A stretch of 64,000 nucleotides of DNA from a virus (IMGVR_UViG_3300032053_000004:138144-202143); one strand, 5' to 3'; shown: positions 36,864-47,583, counted from the stretch's first letter. Made by a program: numbers and translations. Notes: a model not told the origin generated them from the sequence alone.

Positions 36864-39800
36864 TGGCTAATAAAACCTCATTTGATACTACAATTGATAT
36901 CGGGGCCAAAGGCGTAGACGAAGCAGTTAAAAAGCTAAAACACCTATATAAAGAAGCAAATAAAGTATCCCAGGGTTGGAAACAAGCTTCTAAATTTTCC
37001 CAGGTCCATATTGATGAAATAGATAATTTAAGCACTGTCATGGGGAAATTCACTGGAAAACTATCTAGTGAAGCTAAGAAGAGTGTTGAAGGATTGAAAA
37101 ATCTTTCTGACCAATTAAAGGATGCTAAATCCGACGCCGAGGCTTTATCGCAAATCGCGGCTTCAGCTGGTAAAAAAGGAGATACAGGGATACAGGCGGA
37201 AGCTCAATCTAAATTAAATGAAGTCATAAAATCAATTGGTGGCTTAAACTCTCAAATTAAAAAACAACTCGCAGACCAAAAAGCTTATGGGAAAGAAATA
37301 TATAAAACAACAGAAGCTCAAAAGAATATGAGAGAAGGGTTTGAAAAATTCCATAAAGTCAAGCCCGGGGAAGCTGCTAAAGACTTTTTTGAGAATTTAA
37401 AATCGGGAAGAAAAGGAATTGGAGGGGCTGTTTCGGCTGCTGGTAGAGGTATAGCTGGCGGGATATCCCGTAAAGGTCTTGGACAGATGGAAGCGGGGAA
37501 AGGTTTAAGTTTTCTACCGAATATTCTTGGGAAAATTACTGTTGCTATGGGAGCGCTTACTGGAGCGTTTGCCGGAATAAGTGCCGTATTCAAATTAATA
37601 TCTGCAGCTTCAGACCATATGACTGGTTTAAATAAAACACTAATGGACGGTCAAGGGTTTGCTCAGGATTTTACTTCTTCTGCTAAAGACTATATGGGGG
37701 CGGTTGATGATATTAGAGGTGCTTCCATCAATGCTGCCAAGTCTCTTTTACCTCTTGGAGTAAATTCAAAACAAACTTTAGAAATAATCAGTGAATATTC
37801 GAAAAATGCGACCGGTTCTTTAATGAAAACGAGAGACCAACTCGCAAATTTAGGAGGCGGAGATCTTGACGTTGGGGCTGCAACTTTTGCTAAAAATGCT
37901 ACGATCTATGGAAAAGCCCTTGGTATGGAGGCTAAAGATGTAGCCGCAACTATGGGCAAATTTACAAGTGAAATGGGATATGGAGCTGGACAAACTCAAG
38001 AACTCATGAGCAACGTTGTTCAAGCTGCTAGAACAGCTAATATGCCCATGAGCAAATTTATGGGCATATTTAGTGCTGTCATACCAGATGTTGAGCTCTA
38101 TCAAAATAGATTAGAAGAATTAACAGGAACAATAAAAATGCTTTCTTCTACTATGGATCCTAAACATGTCCAAAAATTCATGGAATCTTTCGGCAAAGGA
38201 TTTGGTGACCAAGATTTTGATAGTCGAATTAGAACCATGTTAATTGTCGGAGAAGAAAAAATGGGCAGCATGCTGTCGGCTGATTTTGAGTCAAAAATTG
38301 ACTCAATGGCTGATGGTCTTAAAGAGGTAGGTCTTGGGGACGATTTAAGGGATGCCTTTAAATCCAACGATCTTAAAAAATTTCAAGATGTTATGATACA
38401 AGCTAGAGCTAGCAATAAAGTTACTGCAGCTCAAATAGGTGATATGAGTCAGTTATTTTCAAGTTCTCAAGATTTGAAATCTGGGGATAAAACTCGAATG
38501 GCCTCAGCTATGAAATCTGGTGGTATGTCTGTACAACTTGATTCTTTTGTTGAAGAAATAAAAAATTTAGATAAAACAGGTAAAGCTTTTTCTGAGACGG
38601 GTGAAATAACTGGAATAGGAGAAGCAATTGCAAGAAAAATGCCGGGGATGGATGACAGTAAATTAAAATTAATGAATGAATACTTAAGAAATATTAGCAT
38701 GTATCAAACGAGTCTCAGTAAATATGGAACAACTGGTAGCAAAACTTCAGACGCTGCTCTTCGTAAATTAATAGCTAAGGATTTAAAGAACCCGGATGGA
38801 ACGAGCAAAGACCCTTCTTTAGTAACTTTAAAAGAAATGGCTGGAGCAAGCCAGACACAGATAAAAAAATCAATGGAAGATTCTAATAAGGATAAAGAAT
38901 CCGCACAAACTATGGAAGATCACGCTGTTGCATCTACTAACGCCACATTATCTATCGGTGATAGAATTGAAAATTATATCGGTTATTTGCTTGAAAAAAT
39001 ATACGACGTTGTTTTTAAAATTTTCGGCTCTTTAGATGCGATATGGAATTGGACTATTGGTGGTCAAGATCAAAAAGCTACAATAAAATCTATTAATAGT
39101 ATGTCGTCTAAACTTCAAAGTGACTATGGTGGAAGTCCAGAATTGGTAGCGCAGTTTCAGTTATCTTCAGAAGCTATAACAAAAGCTGTTTCGGCAGGGA
39201 AAACAAAAGAAGACTTAGCAAAATCATTTTTAAGGTCTAATGCAGTCGATATAAATCCTGATTCTGCAAAAAACATGGGTGAAGCTTTTGCTAGTTTGGT
39301 GAAACAAAATGGAGGAGCATTCGGTCTTACTGATAGTGCTAAAGAAGCTAATTTAGCTACAGCACAGAAACAGTTTGAAGACGCTGCCTCTTCAGGTAAT
39401 AAAGACAAAATGGCAAGTATGATTTATAATTTGGAAGGATCTATTCATCAATTTACGAATGATTTATCTCCCGAAGCTCTGAGCAAAAATTTAATGCAAT
39501 TTTCTCAAAATCTCGCTACCAAGAAAGATGCCGCCGGTAATTTAACTGGCATATCTAAAGCTGCTAGTGAATCAAGAAAATATGAAAGAAGTGCAAAACT
39601 TAAAGATACACATTTTACTCCAGATCAAATGCCTTCTAAAGAAGGGGAAGACAGGGTTAGTAATCTAAACGAAAGACGAAAAGCTATGGAGTCTGGAGGG
39701 GAATCTATGGCTGAAAAATTTGAAGATGCTGCAAGTGGAGCTTCAGATAAAATCGTCGCGGTGGCGGCGCGGGCGGAGGGCGGGCGGGCGGCTGCTGCTA

Positions 39801-40483
39801 GTCCTGCCAGCGTCGCGGCGGCTGCTAGTCCTGCTAGTCCTGTCAGCGCGGCAGCTGCTGCCAGTCCTACTGTCAAAGCTATTTCAGATCAATCCGATGT
39901 GTTAGGTGATTCCTTAACTAGTGTGGGAAAACTGATCTTTGGTTCTTTAGCGGACAAGGAAGCAGTGTCAGAAGATGGAGCTAATTGGGTAAAAACTAAA
40001 CTCGCAAAAACTGAAGAAAACGCGTTTGCAGATGCTTTAAATGGGAACGAATTTAAAAACACACTAAAGTCAGCAACTTTAGACTCTTTTAGAACGGCTT
40101 TACTTGAATTCGCTGTGATCCAAGCAAAAATGGAGACTAACTCCTCGTACAAACAATCTCTCGCCACCAGCGGGTCTAGTATTCAAGCAAGCGGTGGAAC
40201 TTTATCTGATTTTAGTAAACTTAGTTCTGCAGAATTAGAAAAATGGAAATCAGATAATGTATTAGGAAGTTTTCAATCAGGAGGTGATATAGATCAAACT
40301 GGGTTATATAATCTTCATCAAGGAGAACGTGTTATCCCCCCAGGTGGAAGTGGAGGGACTACCGGCGGCGGTGGTCCCATGAATGTCACCATAAATATTA
40401 ATGGAACGAGTTTGGATGAAAGTCAATTGAAACGCGCCACACTTTTTGCTATGGATGAATATCATAGGAAACACACCCATTGA
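36863..40483 (+). CDS. Tape measure protein
   Basis: 1206 aa, helical, Ala/Gly/Lys/Ser-rich; C-terminal FQSGG.I.QTGLYNLHQGERVIP motif typical of TMP ends. Confidence 0.85.
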   Translation: MANKTSFDTTIDIGAKGVDEAVKKLKHLYKEANKVSQGWKQASKFSQVHIDEIDNLSTVMGKFTGKLSSEAKKSVEGLKNLSDQLKDAKSDAEALSQIAASAGKKGDTGIQAEAQSKLNEVIKSIGGLNSQIKKQLADQKAYGKEIYKTTEAQKNMREGFEKFHKVKPGEAAKDFFENLKSGRKGIGGAVSAAGRGIAGGISRKGLGQMEAGKGLSFLPNILGKITVAMGALTGAFAGISAVFKLISAASDHMTGLNKTLMDGQGFAQDFTSSAKDYMGAVDDIRGASINAAKSLLPLGVNSKQTLEIISEYSKNATGSLMKTRDQLANLGGGDLDVGAATFAKNATIYGKALGMEAKDVAATMGKFTSEMGYGAGQTQELMSNVVQAARTANMPMSKFMGIFSAVIPDVELYQNRLEELTGTIKMLSSTMDPKHVQKFMESFGKGFGDQDFDSRIRTMLIVGEEKMGSMLSADFESKIDSMADGLKEVGLGDDLRDAFKSNDLKKFQDVMIQARASNKVTAAQIGDMSQLFSSSQDLKSGDKTRMASAMKSGGMSVQLDSFVEEIKNLDKTGKAFSETGEITGIGEAIARKMPGMDDSKLKLMNEYLRNISMYQTSLSKYGTTGSKTSDAALRKLIAKDLKNPDGTSKDPSLVTLKEMAGASQTQIKKSMEDSNKDKESAQTMEDHAVASTNATLSIGDRIENYIGYLLEKIYDVVFKIFGSLDAIWNWTIGGQDQKATIKSINSMSSKLQSDYGGSPELVAQFQLSSEAITKAVSAGKTKEDLAKSFLRSNAVDINPDSAKNMGEAFASLVKQNGGAFGLTDSAKEANLATAQKQFEDAASSGNKDKMASMIYNLEGSIHQFTNDLSPEALSKNLMQFSQNLATKKDAAGNLTGISKAASESRKYERSAKLKDTHFTPDQMPSKEGEDRVSNLNERRKAMESGGESMAEKFEDAASGASDKIVAVAARAEGGRAAAASPASVAAAASPASPVSAAAAASPTVKAISDQSDVLGDSLTSVGKLIFGSLADKEAVSEDGANWVKTKLAKTEENAFADALNGNEFKNTLKSATLDSFRTALLEFAVIQAKMETNSSYKQSLATSGSSIQASGGTLSDFSKLSSAELEKWKSDNVLGSFQSGGDIDQTGLYNLHQGERVIPPGGSGGTTGGGGPMNVTININGTSLDESQLKRATLFAMDEYHRKHTH

Positions 40484-40490
40484 GTAAGTT

Positions 40491-41417
40491 ATGGCAAACG
40501 TAACGATCCCATATAATCCAAATCCTAAGAAGGACGAGTTTGGGCTTTGGTCTCAAAAACGTGGTCGTCCGTTTTTGTTTCAGATCAATAGTCCTAATGG
40601 ACACCCATTATTTAATAATCTTCTAGCTTTGCATACGAATCCGGCTAGCATTACAGAAAGTATGACTAAAAGCAAAAATGTAGTCATGACTTACGGAGGA
40701 TTTGTTGAATTTATGTGGCCTGATGAGTTGGATTCAGTTTCAGCCAATCATTCTACTGGTGCATTTTTAGGGCCTGATGGTCTTGTTAGAGGAAGTGACG
40801 GTCTTTCGTCCCCAGACCAATCGTCTCCAGACGCTAAGAAAACAATAGCTTGGGAACGTTATCAGGATCTACTTGATTTATTCCATAACAATGGAAATGT
40901 TTATGATGGTTCCGGAAAACCTGTTTTACGCGGACAGGTTTTAATGACTTATGACAGGGGTGTATTTCAAGGATATTTTACTACTTTTACTGTTTCAGAA
41001 ACTGATGAAATGCCGTTTACTATGAATTTAAGTTGGGAATTCAAAATAGAAAAAGTTATTTATAAATTCCCATCTTCAAGCATTCTCAATAAGGCCTCCA
41101 GTACAAACGTTCCCATTGATAAAATTCCGAGGCCAATTGCTAAAGCTCAGAGCCAAACTACACAGACAGAAAGAGATGTAAAACAAGCTACATCCGGTGG
41201 TGGGGGGAATGCACAAACTGGAGGAGGACAGATTGCTGCTGTAGAAACACCTGCATCAAAACCGGTTTCCCCTAACGGATCTTCCACGTCTGGAGGTGGT
41301 GGAGGAGCTCCTGGCGGAAGTCCTGCTCCATCTGCCAATCCACGAAGTTTGGCTTCTGGTGTTATAACTTTGCCAAATGGACAAGTTGTTGACTCCGAAA
41401 CTGGACAACCAATCTAA
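40491..41417 (+). CDS. Tail tube initiator/baseplate-tube junction protein (gp48/gp54-like)
   Basis: LHTNPASITES.TK...TYGGFVEF.W.DELDS...FQGYFTTFTVSE..EMPF.MNLSWEFKI pattern; follows the TMP. Confidence 0.65.
   Translation: MANVTIPYNPNPKKDEFGLWSQKRGRPFLFQINSPNGHPLFNNLLALHTNPASITESMTKSKNVVMTYGGFVEFMWPDELDSVSANHSTGAFLGPDGLVRGSDGLSSPDQSSPDAKKTIAWERYQDLLDLFHNNGNVYDGSGKPVLRGQVLMTYDRGVFQGYFTTFTVSETDEMPFTMNLSWEFKIEKVIYKFPSSSILNKASSTNVPIDKIPRPIAKAQSQTTQTERDVKQATSGGGGNAQTGGGQIAAVETPASKPVSPNGSSTSGGGGGAPGGSPAPSANPRSLASGVITLPNGQVVDSETGQPI
41340..41415 (+). repeat. 76-nt direct repeat, copy 1
   Basis: 74/76 identical to 43370-43445. Confidence 0.95.
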
Positions 41418-43456
41418 TGGCAACTTCCGGTATTTTTGCTAAACTTCAGAAAGCTATGGAATCAATAATTCCACAACTTTCTCAAGTCGATAGTCAAACG
41501 AATTTGAATTACACCTCTGATAATTCAGAACTGTTCGGTTCAATATCAGGAGCAAAAACACCGTCAAAACCATTTATAATTGGATTTCTTCCTCCTGATT
41601 TGAATTTATTGAATTTCATACCCACAGAAAAAGCTGAATCGATTGTAGTTCCCACTCCTCCACAAAATCCTCCTACCACTCCCGCGTCTCCGTCTTTAAC
41701 TACCCCACCCCCGGTTCCGGTTTCCAATCCAACCAAAATTGGAACCAATAAACTAACTTTAGGTCCTCCTGAAGAAATCACAAAAGCACATAAAACTGTT
41801 ACTGCAGCTGATATGAGACAAGCTCTATATGAATCATATAAAAAAATGACAGATCCGCCACAAGAACCTAGTGAAGAAACTTTAGCTTTAATGTGGTCTC
41901 AAGTCGGGTGCGAAACAGGATTTACTCCTAAGAATAAAAGGGGCCCGGCTCGATTTTTAGTTCCTAATTACAATATAGGAGAACTTCTTGCTTCTACAAA
42001 ACAAGGGAAATTAAATAACCCGTGTGGTTCAGGTCCTTTCGGGCAAACACAACCACCTTTAAATGGTAATATAGGAACTCCTCCTACTCCTCCTAAAGCT
42101 GGAAAGTATTTCATTACCGCTGGTGCTTACGTAAGCACCAGCGGTAAATGCAGAGGAGCTAATGGGGATGTTGAGTGTGGCGACGCCGGAAAACAACATA
42201 GTTGTTGGGAACCCATATATAATCAAGGTTTTTCTAATATTAATGAAGGCACCGATTTCTTTATTAAAAGAGTTTTAAACAAATGGCCTGGAGTAGCTAC
42301 AGCTAAAACTCCAGAAGAATATAACGCGGCTATCATGCCCGGTTATCCCCCTGGGTCTTATCATGATCCTAAAATAAATGCAAAATATATAAGAAGATTG
42401 AAAGAGAAGTTAGGAGCATATCAAAATTTATTTGGAAATCTTCCTGTCGGAGACCCAAAAGCTCCTACAGGGAATCCGAATACAACAGCAGGCAAAGAGC
42501 CGGTTGTTGAAAATGTTATAGCAAGTTTTTCTGGCGGTTTGACTGTTGAAAATGATACAGATCCGAACATTAATTTTGGAAGAAATTTAGTAGCTTCAGA
42601 AAAAAGAAAGCCTGTAGTAGACGCACAGGTTAGAGCTCTTAGAGAGCAACTTAAATTATACCGCGACATGCCACCTTTAATTCTTCTCATAAACCCGAAA
42701 GAATTTAACAGAACTTATGAGAAATCAGTAGATGACGGGAATAAAGGTAGGCAGAGAAATATTGCTCATCTTTGGTTAGAAAGACCGTTATCGATTTCGA
42801 GTAGTGGAGTTACAGCAGCTCAATATGTCGTCAATCCTTCGAATGGAAATGGAGGTCTTAACCACCACAATAGAATATTCAGTTTAAGTTATCAAAATTT
42901 AATGTCGTTGGTTCTTACTTATAGAAATAATGGTTTATCTTTCACAGGAGCTGAGAGTTCCAGTTATAATCAAGGTATACCAACTGTTCCGATGAGTCTT
43001 TACATATATTATGATCAACATATGTATATAGGATCTTTCGATAATTTTGAAGTAACAGACAGCGGAGATAAACCTTTTAATCTAGAATATTCATTTAAAT
43101 TTACTGTTCGTTATGATTTTCCAGTTTTATCTGATGATGGATCTGGAAGCATCCCTAGTGTTATTAGTTCTATCTCTCAACGTCCTCCCAAAGTATCTAA
43201 CGTTGACTTAACTCCAGATTTTGTTCGAGTTCCTCCTGAAGATTCTCAAGAACTTCCTACTTCAACTGAACAAGTTCAAGCTGAAGTTCATTCTGATGTC
43301 CCAGGTAAAACAGTTTTACTCCCCCCATCAACTTCTGGTGGATCGCCAACAGTTGCGAAATCGGTAAACCCACGAAGTTTGGCTTCTGGTGTTATAACTT
43401 TGCCAAATGGACAAGTTGTTGATTCTGAAACTGGACAACCAATCTCAGGTTTATAA
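41417..43456 (+). CDS. Second tube-initiator-like protein with an inserted lysozyme-like (GH73-type) domain
   Basis: C-terminal LLINPKEFNRTYEK...YIGSFDNFEVTDSGDKPFNLEYSFKF parallels the previous gene; internal ALMWSQVGCETG...NYNIG...GY...HDPK...Y. Confidence 0.6.
   Translation: MATSGIFAKLQKAMESIIPQLSQVDSQTNLNYTSDNSELFGSISGAKTPSKPFIIGFLPPDLNLLNFIPTEKAESIVVPTPPQNPPTTPASPSLTTPPPVPVSNPTKIGTNKLTLGPPEEITKAHKTVTAADMRQALYESYKKMTDPPQEPSEETLALMWSQVGCETGFTPKNKRGPARFLVPNYNIGELLASTKQGKLNNPCGSGPFGQTQPPLNGNIGTPPTPPKAGKYFITAGAYVSTSGKCRGANGDVECGDAGKQHSCWEPIYNQGFSNINEGTDFFIKRVLNKWPGVATAKTPEEYNAAIMPGYPPGSYHDPKINAKYIRRLKEKLGAYQNLFGNLPVGDPKAPTGNPNTTAGKEPVVENVIASFSGGLTVENDTDPNINFGRNLVASEKRKPVVDAQVRALREQLKLYRDMPPLILLINPKEFNRTYEKSVDDGNKGRQRNIAHLWLERPLSISSSGVTAAQYVVNPSNGNGGLNHHNRIFSLSYQNLMSLVLTYRNNGLSFTGAESSSYNQGIPTVPMSLYIYYDQHMYIGSFDNFEVTDSGDKPFNLEYSFKFTVRYDFPVLSDDGSGSIPSVISSISQRPPKVSNVDLTPDFVRVPPEDSQELPTSTEQVQAEVHSDVPGKTVLLPPSTSGGSPTVAKSVNPRSLASGVITLPNGQVVDSETGQPISGL
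43370..43445 (+). repeat. 76-nt direct repeat, copy 2
   Basis: Differs from copy 1 only at two synonymous positions (GAC/GAT, TCC/TCT). Confidence 0.95.
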
Positions 43457-43458
43457 AA

Positions 43459-46400
43459 ATGCCTAGAGTTTCTGCATTTCGTGGTAATTTCATTCCCAAT
43501 GCTCGTCCATTCGTGACGCTAGCTCCTGACGCATTTGTTTCTATTCAAGGAGAAACTACAGTTATTGGGTGTGGTGAGTGTCGTCGTGAAATCAATATAA
43601 ATCAATATTTAACAGGTGTTTCAACTGAAGCTTCGGTTGATTCTCCTCCTGGAAGTGCCAGTTTCAATCTTTCTATTCCTGATACTGACATAAATAATTT
43701 TTATGTAGACGATCAACTTCTCATCATTCCAATGATGGAAGTTGAGATTTATGCGAAAGGTTATTATACGATCGGCGGTTTCCCTCAGTATTACAGAATT
43801 TTTTGGGGTTTAGTTTCTACTGTTACAAAATCGTGGAGCAATGGAGTAACAACTGTATCTATTTCTTGTAAAGACATACTTCGTTGGTGGGAATTAACAC
43901 AGGTAAATATAAACGCAGCTTGGATGAACCCTTTTGGTAGTTCTACTGGCCAAATATCATTTTGGGGGAATCAGTTTGCTGGAGCAAATCCAACAACTGT
44001 CATAATTGCCTTAGCTCGTGATGCGATGGGAGATTTTTCCCATCAAACCGGGTCTTTTCAACAGTTTTTACCAGAACAAGGACCTGAAGGAGCGGTTCTC
44101 GCTGGCTACGGAAAAGACATAATGGCCTACTGGCAATTAAAATTTGCCAATATATGGAATAATTTAGTTGTGTATGGAACTTCAGGGAAAGCCTACACCT
44201 TTACTTCTGATCCGTCTCAAGTTTCTCCGTATGATGTATCACAAAAAATATTTGAACAAGAGTCTGATATCCTTCATTTCAATAAAGCTACTGAAATGTT
44301 TAAGACTCAACCAAGCGAAGTGGCAGTAGCTAAATTTGATTTAAGTAAAGCTCCGGATTTCGTTTTGTTTGAAGCAGAACAAAGAAGTAAATTATCGATA
44401 GCAACTGATGCTCGAGATCAAGTCGGGTTTGAATTTTATTGTGATACAACAGGAGATATCATTTTTAAACCTCCATTTTATAATTTAAACGTTATCCCGA
44501 ATAAACCTGTTTCTTGGATCAATGATTTTGAAATAATGGAGGATAGTATAACTGATTCTGAAGCTGAAGTTTATACTCACATAACGTCGAGTGGAAATGC
44601 TTTTGGTGGACTAATGGACGTTGGAGCTAGTGATGAAATCACTACTCAAAGAACTGGTGCCATTGACTACCATTTACTTCGTCGTTATGGTTGGAGAAGG
44701 CTTGATAAACAAGTTGAATGGGCCGCTAATGCTAAAAAATTATATTTTTTCTTACTCGATTTCTTAGACCGTACAAACGCAAAACGTCAAAATGGGACTG
44801 TAACTATCCCAATGCGACCGGAAATCCGTATGGGTTTTCCTGTTTGGATCCCGAAGTATGACTCCTTTTTCTATGTTCAAGCGGTTTCCCATAACTTTTC
44901 AATAGGTGGGCAAGCCACGACCACTCTTACTCTTACAGCTAAAAGAAGTAAGTTCATAGCTCCGAAGAACATAGGAAAAATCACAAGGTCAGCTGGAACC
45001 GGTGTTTTAGAACAAGAAGCGGTTGATGGAAAAGTTAGACAAACAACTGTTGATACTTATATTGTAGAATTTCCCGATAATGCAGGAAATTCTTCGGGCA
45101 TCGTAAATGACCCTGACCCTCAAAAAGCTCAATTTAGTGAAGGAGCAATCATTCGTAATCCTAAGACAGGAAAAATTTTAGGTTTTCCTAATGCGGTAAT
45201 GGTTTTTCGTGCTGCGTTAGACGGCCAGCTGCTTACCAACGTTCAAACTCAAGCAGGTTATTCTTCGTCTCATCAAGGAGCAGAAAAAGCCACAAAAACA
45301 GCAATGAATCAAAAATATGATCATGATAATATGATCAAAGATAATTTAACTATAACTCAACTGGCAAGAAAACAAGAAGTTATAAATCGTCTTCGATCAC
45401 ACAGGTATGAAGCTGCCATAAGTAATGCTGGGGCTTATGATTATGCTTGGGATACAAAAGGAGATTTTAAAGAAATTACGATAATTCCGACAAATTCCAT
45501 CAAATGGGGGCCGGGAACGATTCCTCCTAAAGGAACCGTTGATAGTGGTTCTGAACAAGATGTAAAAAATAAACAACAGGCAATAGATGAACAAATTTCA
45601 ATCACTATTGCAAAACTAAAAACAGCACAAGACGCTTTCGTTGCAGCTAACGAAGTTCTTAAAGCTGCTCAAGAAAAACTATCTAAGGAGCCTAACTCAG
45701 AATCCAGCCAAGCTCTTGAAGCTGCTCAAAAAACCGTTACAATAGCAAGTCAAAATTTAGATGATACTAAAACAGAATTGTCCTCTATACAAAAAGGTTC
45801 TGGTAGTCCTCAGTCGCTTACAGATCTTAATGTAATGATAAGACCAGTATCCGATGAATTTGGATTTGAAGTTATCGGTCATTCTCGGTACGGACGTGGA
45901 GCTTATATAGATCTTGGGAAAGTTCAAGTTAAAGATAAGAGTGGTCTCATAGCAAATCAACTTGGTATTCAGTTCTCCCAAACTGGTGGTTTTCTTCAAG
46001 ATTCGATGAATATGACTGCTGGTGTTCAAGGACCGGTGCTTCAGTTTCTTTCTGAAACTTTTGATAGAATGAGACCTGATGATTTTCAAACCGGAGCTTC
46101 TTTTTCCGGTTCAAGGACCGGAGATAAAGCTACTATTGATGAAGTAAATATTACAAGTCAACAAACTTATACCGAAAATATGAAACAAAATAAAGGAAAA
46201 CTTGTTTTTATTGAAGCCGATGCTACTCGTAAAGCCTTGACTTTGGCAGAATTAAGCCCGACATTAGATCTCGGGGCTCTTTCTGAAGCGACTGTCAATT
46301 GTAACTGCGTTCTTAATAAAACAAATTGGCTCTCTATATTCCCTCAATCCGTATTGTCTAAAATAATTCAAGGAAATAATCCTCAAGTTTTTAAAGATTC

Positions 46401-47172
46401 GGCTGGATTTTTTGAAACTTTAAATAATTATTTAACTAATAATATTATTTCTAAAAATTACGAAATAAATGCAAAGAGAGAAATGCGTGATGTCAGTGGG
46501 ACTACCCCAGTCATTGCTCCTTCCAGGTCTATAACACCACGACCATTACAAGCTCCTGCATTGCAACCGAATTTACGAGCTATTGAATTTTATGATGTTC
46601 CTCCTATATCAGGTAGTTCAAATAATATTTTCCCTGATTCTGCCAACCCAATTTTTGCCCGAGCTTCTCAGGGTGACCCGGAAGCTTTAAAGATTTTACA
46701 AAATGATGTTAACCTTAATTTTGGTTTAACTAAAAAGGGTCTTCAAGATTTCAATAATAGTTTGTCTGAAGCAAAAATCAAGCTTAATTCATCATTGAGC
46801 GATATAACAGGAAGTGGAACAAAATCATCAATTAACGTAACTACTGATAGTCCTTCAAAACAAGCTTTGAAAGATGCTCAAACTCAGCTTAGTGGAGCTA
46901 CGTCTCAACTTAATAGAGCAAATCAACTTTTAGCTTCAAATCCAGGCTCTGCTTTTGCACGCAACGCTGTTAATAAAGCAAAAAATAACGTTTCTTCTAT
47001 TCAAACTCAGATGGTTATTTTACAAAATAACGTAAATACAGGAACAACCCCTCCACAGGTGCAACCGACTGGGAATCCTCCAATGGTCGGAGATCTTTTA
47101 AATTCAACCAAATTCAGTGCAGCAACTGGCGACGTTTTTGTTCCTAAAATTGGAGAAAATGGTCCATTTTAG
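43459..47172 (+). CDS. Baseplate hub protein (gp27/gp44-like) with a long C-terminal extension
   Basis: IFWGLVSTV...VSISCKDILRWW; GFEFYCDTTGDIIFKPPFYN; GTVTIPMRPEIRMGFPV...FYVQAVSHNFSIGG...TTLTLTAKR. Confidence 0.75.
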   Translation: MPRVSAFRGNFIPNARPFVTLAPDAFVSIQGETTVIGCGECRREININQYLTGVSTEASVDSPPGSASFNLSIPDTDINNFYVDDQLLIIPMMEVEIYAKGYYTIGGFPQYYRIFWGLVSTVTKSWSNGVTTVSISCKDILRWWELTQVNINAAWMNPFGSSTGQISFWGNQFAGANPTTVIIALARDAMGDFSHQTGSFQQFLPEQGPEGAVLAGYGKDIMAYWQLKFANIWNNLVVYGTSGKAYTFTSDPSQVSPYDVSQKIFEQESDILHFNKATEMFKTQPSEVAVAKFDLSKAPDFVLFEAEQRSKLSIATDARDQVGFEFYCDTTGDIIFKPPFYNLNVIPNKPVSWINDFEIMEDSITDSEAEVYTHITSSGNAFGGLMDVGASDEITTQRTGAIDYHLLRRYGWRRLDKQVEWAANAKKLYFFLLDFLDRTNAKRQNGTVTIPMRPEIRMGFPVWIPKYDSFFYVQAVSHNFSIGGQATTTLTLTAKRSKFIAPKNIGKITRSAGTGVLEQEAVDGKVRQTTVDTYIVEFPDNAGNSSGIVNDPDPQKAQFSEGAIIRNPKTGKILGFPNAVMVFRAALDGQLLTNVQTQAGYSSSHQGAEKATKTAMNQKYDHDNMIKDNLTITQLARKQEVINRLRSHRYEAAISNAGAYDYAWDTKGDFKEITIIPTNSIKWGPGTIPPKGTVDSGSEQDVKNKQQAIDEQISITIAKLKTAQDAFVAANEVLKAAQEKLSKEPNSESSQALEAAQKTVTIASQNLDDTKTELSSIQKGSGSPQSLTDLNVMIRPVSDEFGFEVIGHSRYGRGAYIDLGKVQVKDKSGLIANQLGIQFSQTGGFLQDSMNMTAGVQGPVLQFLSETFDRMRPDDFQTGASFSGSRTGDKATIDEVNITSQQTYTENMKQNKGKLVFIEADATRKALTLAELSPTLDLGALSEATVNCNCVLNKTNWLSIFPQSVLSKIIQGNNPQVFKDSAGFFETLNNYLTNNIISKNYEINAKREMRDVSGTTPVIAPSRSITPRPLQAPALQPNLRAIEFYDVPPISGSSNNIFPDSANPIFARASQGDPEALKILQNDVNLNFGLTKKGLQDFNNSLSEAKIKLNSSLSDITGSGTKSSINVTTDSPSKQALKDAQTQLSGATSQLNRANQLLASNPGSAFARNAVNKAKNNVSSIQTQMVILQNNVNTGTTPPQVQPTGNPPMVGDLLNSTKFSAATGDVFVPKIGENGPF

Positions 47173-47200
47173 ATTTTAGTCTTTTTCCTTGAAAACAAAA

Positions 47201-47578
47201 CTAAAGATTTGTAACAAGTTTGATGAATTTCGGGTCGCATTTTTTCGGATCTAAAATATAGAGCATAACGCTTTCGACCACCCTATTCGATGGAATGATT
47301 ATTATCATAGTTTCCATATTTCCACTTTGAGTGTTTAACATATGCTTTATGTTTTTAACTAAACAATTTAAAACTACTGTATATATCTTTTCTTCTTTAT
47401 CAATATTGCAATCTGTTGATTTCAAATTTGAAATATAAGATATTAATTTTTCGTCGGATATTGGAAATTCTAAGTATATTCCGTGTCCTTCCCGGATTAA
47501 AGATTGGTCTTTAATCTCCCATCTAGCTTTATCTATTATTGTTCCGCCTATAGTCGTCGTCTGAATTATAGAAGGCAC
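47201..47578 (-). CDS. Hypothetical protein
   Basis: 125-aa ORF filling the gap between hub and spike; extended -10 box 5 nt upstream of its GTG. Confidence 0.55.
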   Translation of the reverse strand: MPSIIQTTTIGGTIIDKARWEIKDQSLIREGHGIYLEFPISDEKLISYISNLKSTDCNIDKEEKIYTVVLNCLVKNIKHMLNTQSGNMETMIIIIPSNRVVESVMLYILDPKKCDPKFIKLVTNL

Positions 47579-47583
47579 GATTC

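Noticed and set aside
41340-43445. Diversity-generating retroelement template/variable repeat pair
   Set aside because: The two mismatches are C/T at synonymous sites rather than adenine-specific, and no reverse transcriptase is in the window.
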